Assembly: GCA_005879405.1 (NCBI GenBank)
Contig: VBKW01000143.1
Coordinates: 1 to 53,249 of the forward strand
Length of the DNA: 53,249 nt
Direction of reading: 5' to 3'
From: Deltaproteobacteria bacterium
GTDB taxonomy: Bacteria; Desulfobacterota; Binatia; UTPRO1
A model generated the notes under the pieces. It made no database searches, had not been told where the DNA came from, and was given only the letters and a program-made list of their open reading frames with translations. Below are positions 53,220 through 53,249 of this stretch, piece after piece; position 1 is the first letter of the stretch, and every line of letters begins with the position of its first letter. The position numbers were made by a program, and so were the translations under genes.

Positions 53220-53249
53220 GGGCATCGCATGGATCGAAATGCGCGTACC

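Overview
Very GC-rich bacterial chromosomal segment (GC not computed). After three housekeeping-type genes on the + strand (lon 3' end, glgA, one unknown ORF) and gph/erpA on the - strand, about 48 kb is a nearly complete flagellar regulon, almost all on the - strand. Most adjacent genes overlap by a few bases (ATGA, GTGA or TGATG), which suggests translational coupling. Read 5'->3' on the - strand the order is: fliC, flaG, fliD, fliS, fliT-like; a three-glycosyltransferase operon plus one unknown ORF; an AMIN-TPR protein with a sensor-less histidine kinase and an NtrC-type response regulator; flgBC-fliEFGHIJ, ylxF-like, fliK-flgDE; fliLMN, fliO/P, fliQR, flhBAFG, fliA and a small membrane protein; flgFGAHIJ; flgMN-flgKL-csrA-fliW; and a receiver-less sigma-54 activator. 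I recognised no tRNA, rRNA, CRISPR, transposase or integrase. Points worth follow-up: (1) nine near-consensus sigma-54 (-24/-12) promoters divide the region into units, and one drives the unknown + strand ORF outside the cluster; (2) a perfect palindrome CGGCA-N5-TGCCG occurs three times by my manual scan, each time upstream of a predicted sigma-54 promoter, and a second palindrome family lies upstream of the regulator operons, which suggests a two-tier enhancer code; (3) the sigma-54-driven glycosyltransferase operon has no sugar-biosynthesis genes nearby and is a candidate non-canonical flagellin glycosylation system; (4) sigma-28 promoters precede flgM and fliC, and the fliC leader has GGA motifs consistent with FliW-CsrA control; (5) gene-structure oddities include flhF split over two frames, fliF lacking a canonical start for its conserved N-terminus, an in-frame fliO-fliP fusion, a HAD gene remnant inside the operon and a 29-bp direct repeat at the gph 3' end. 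Most long ORFs in the track are alternative-frame artefacts of high GC. All functional calls come from motif recognition by eye, with no database search.
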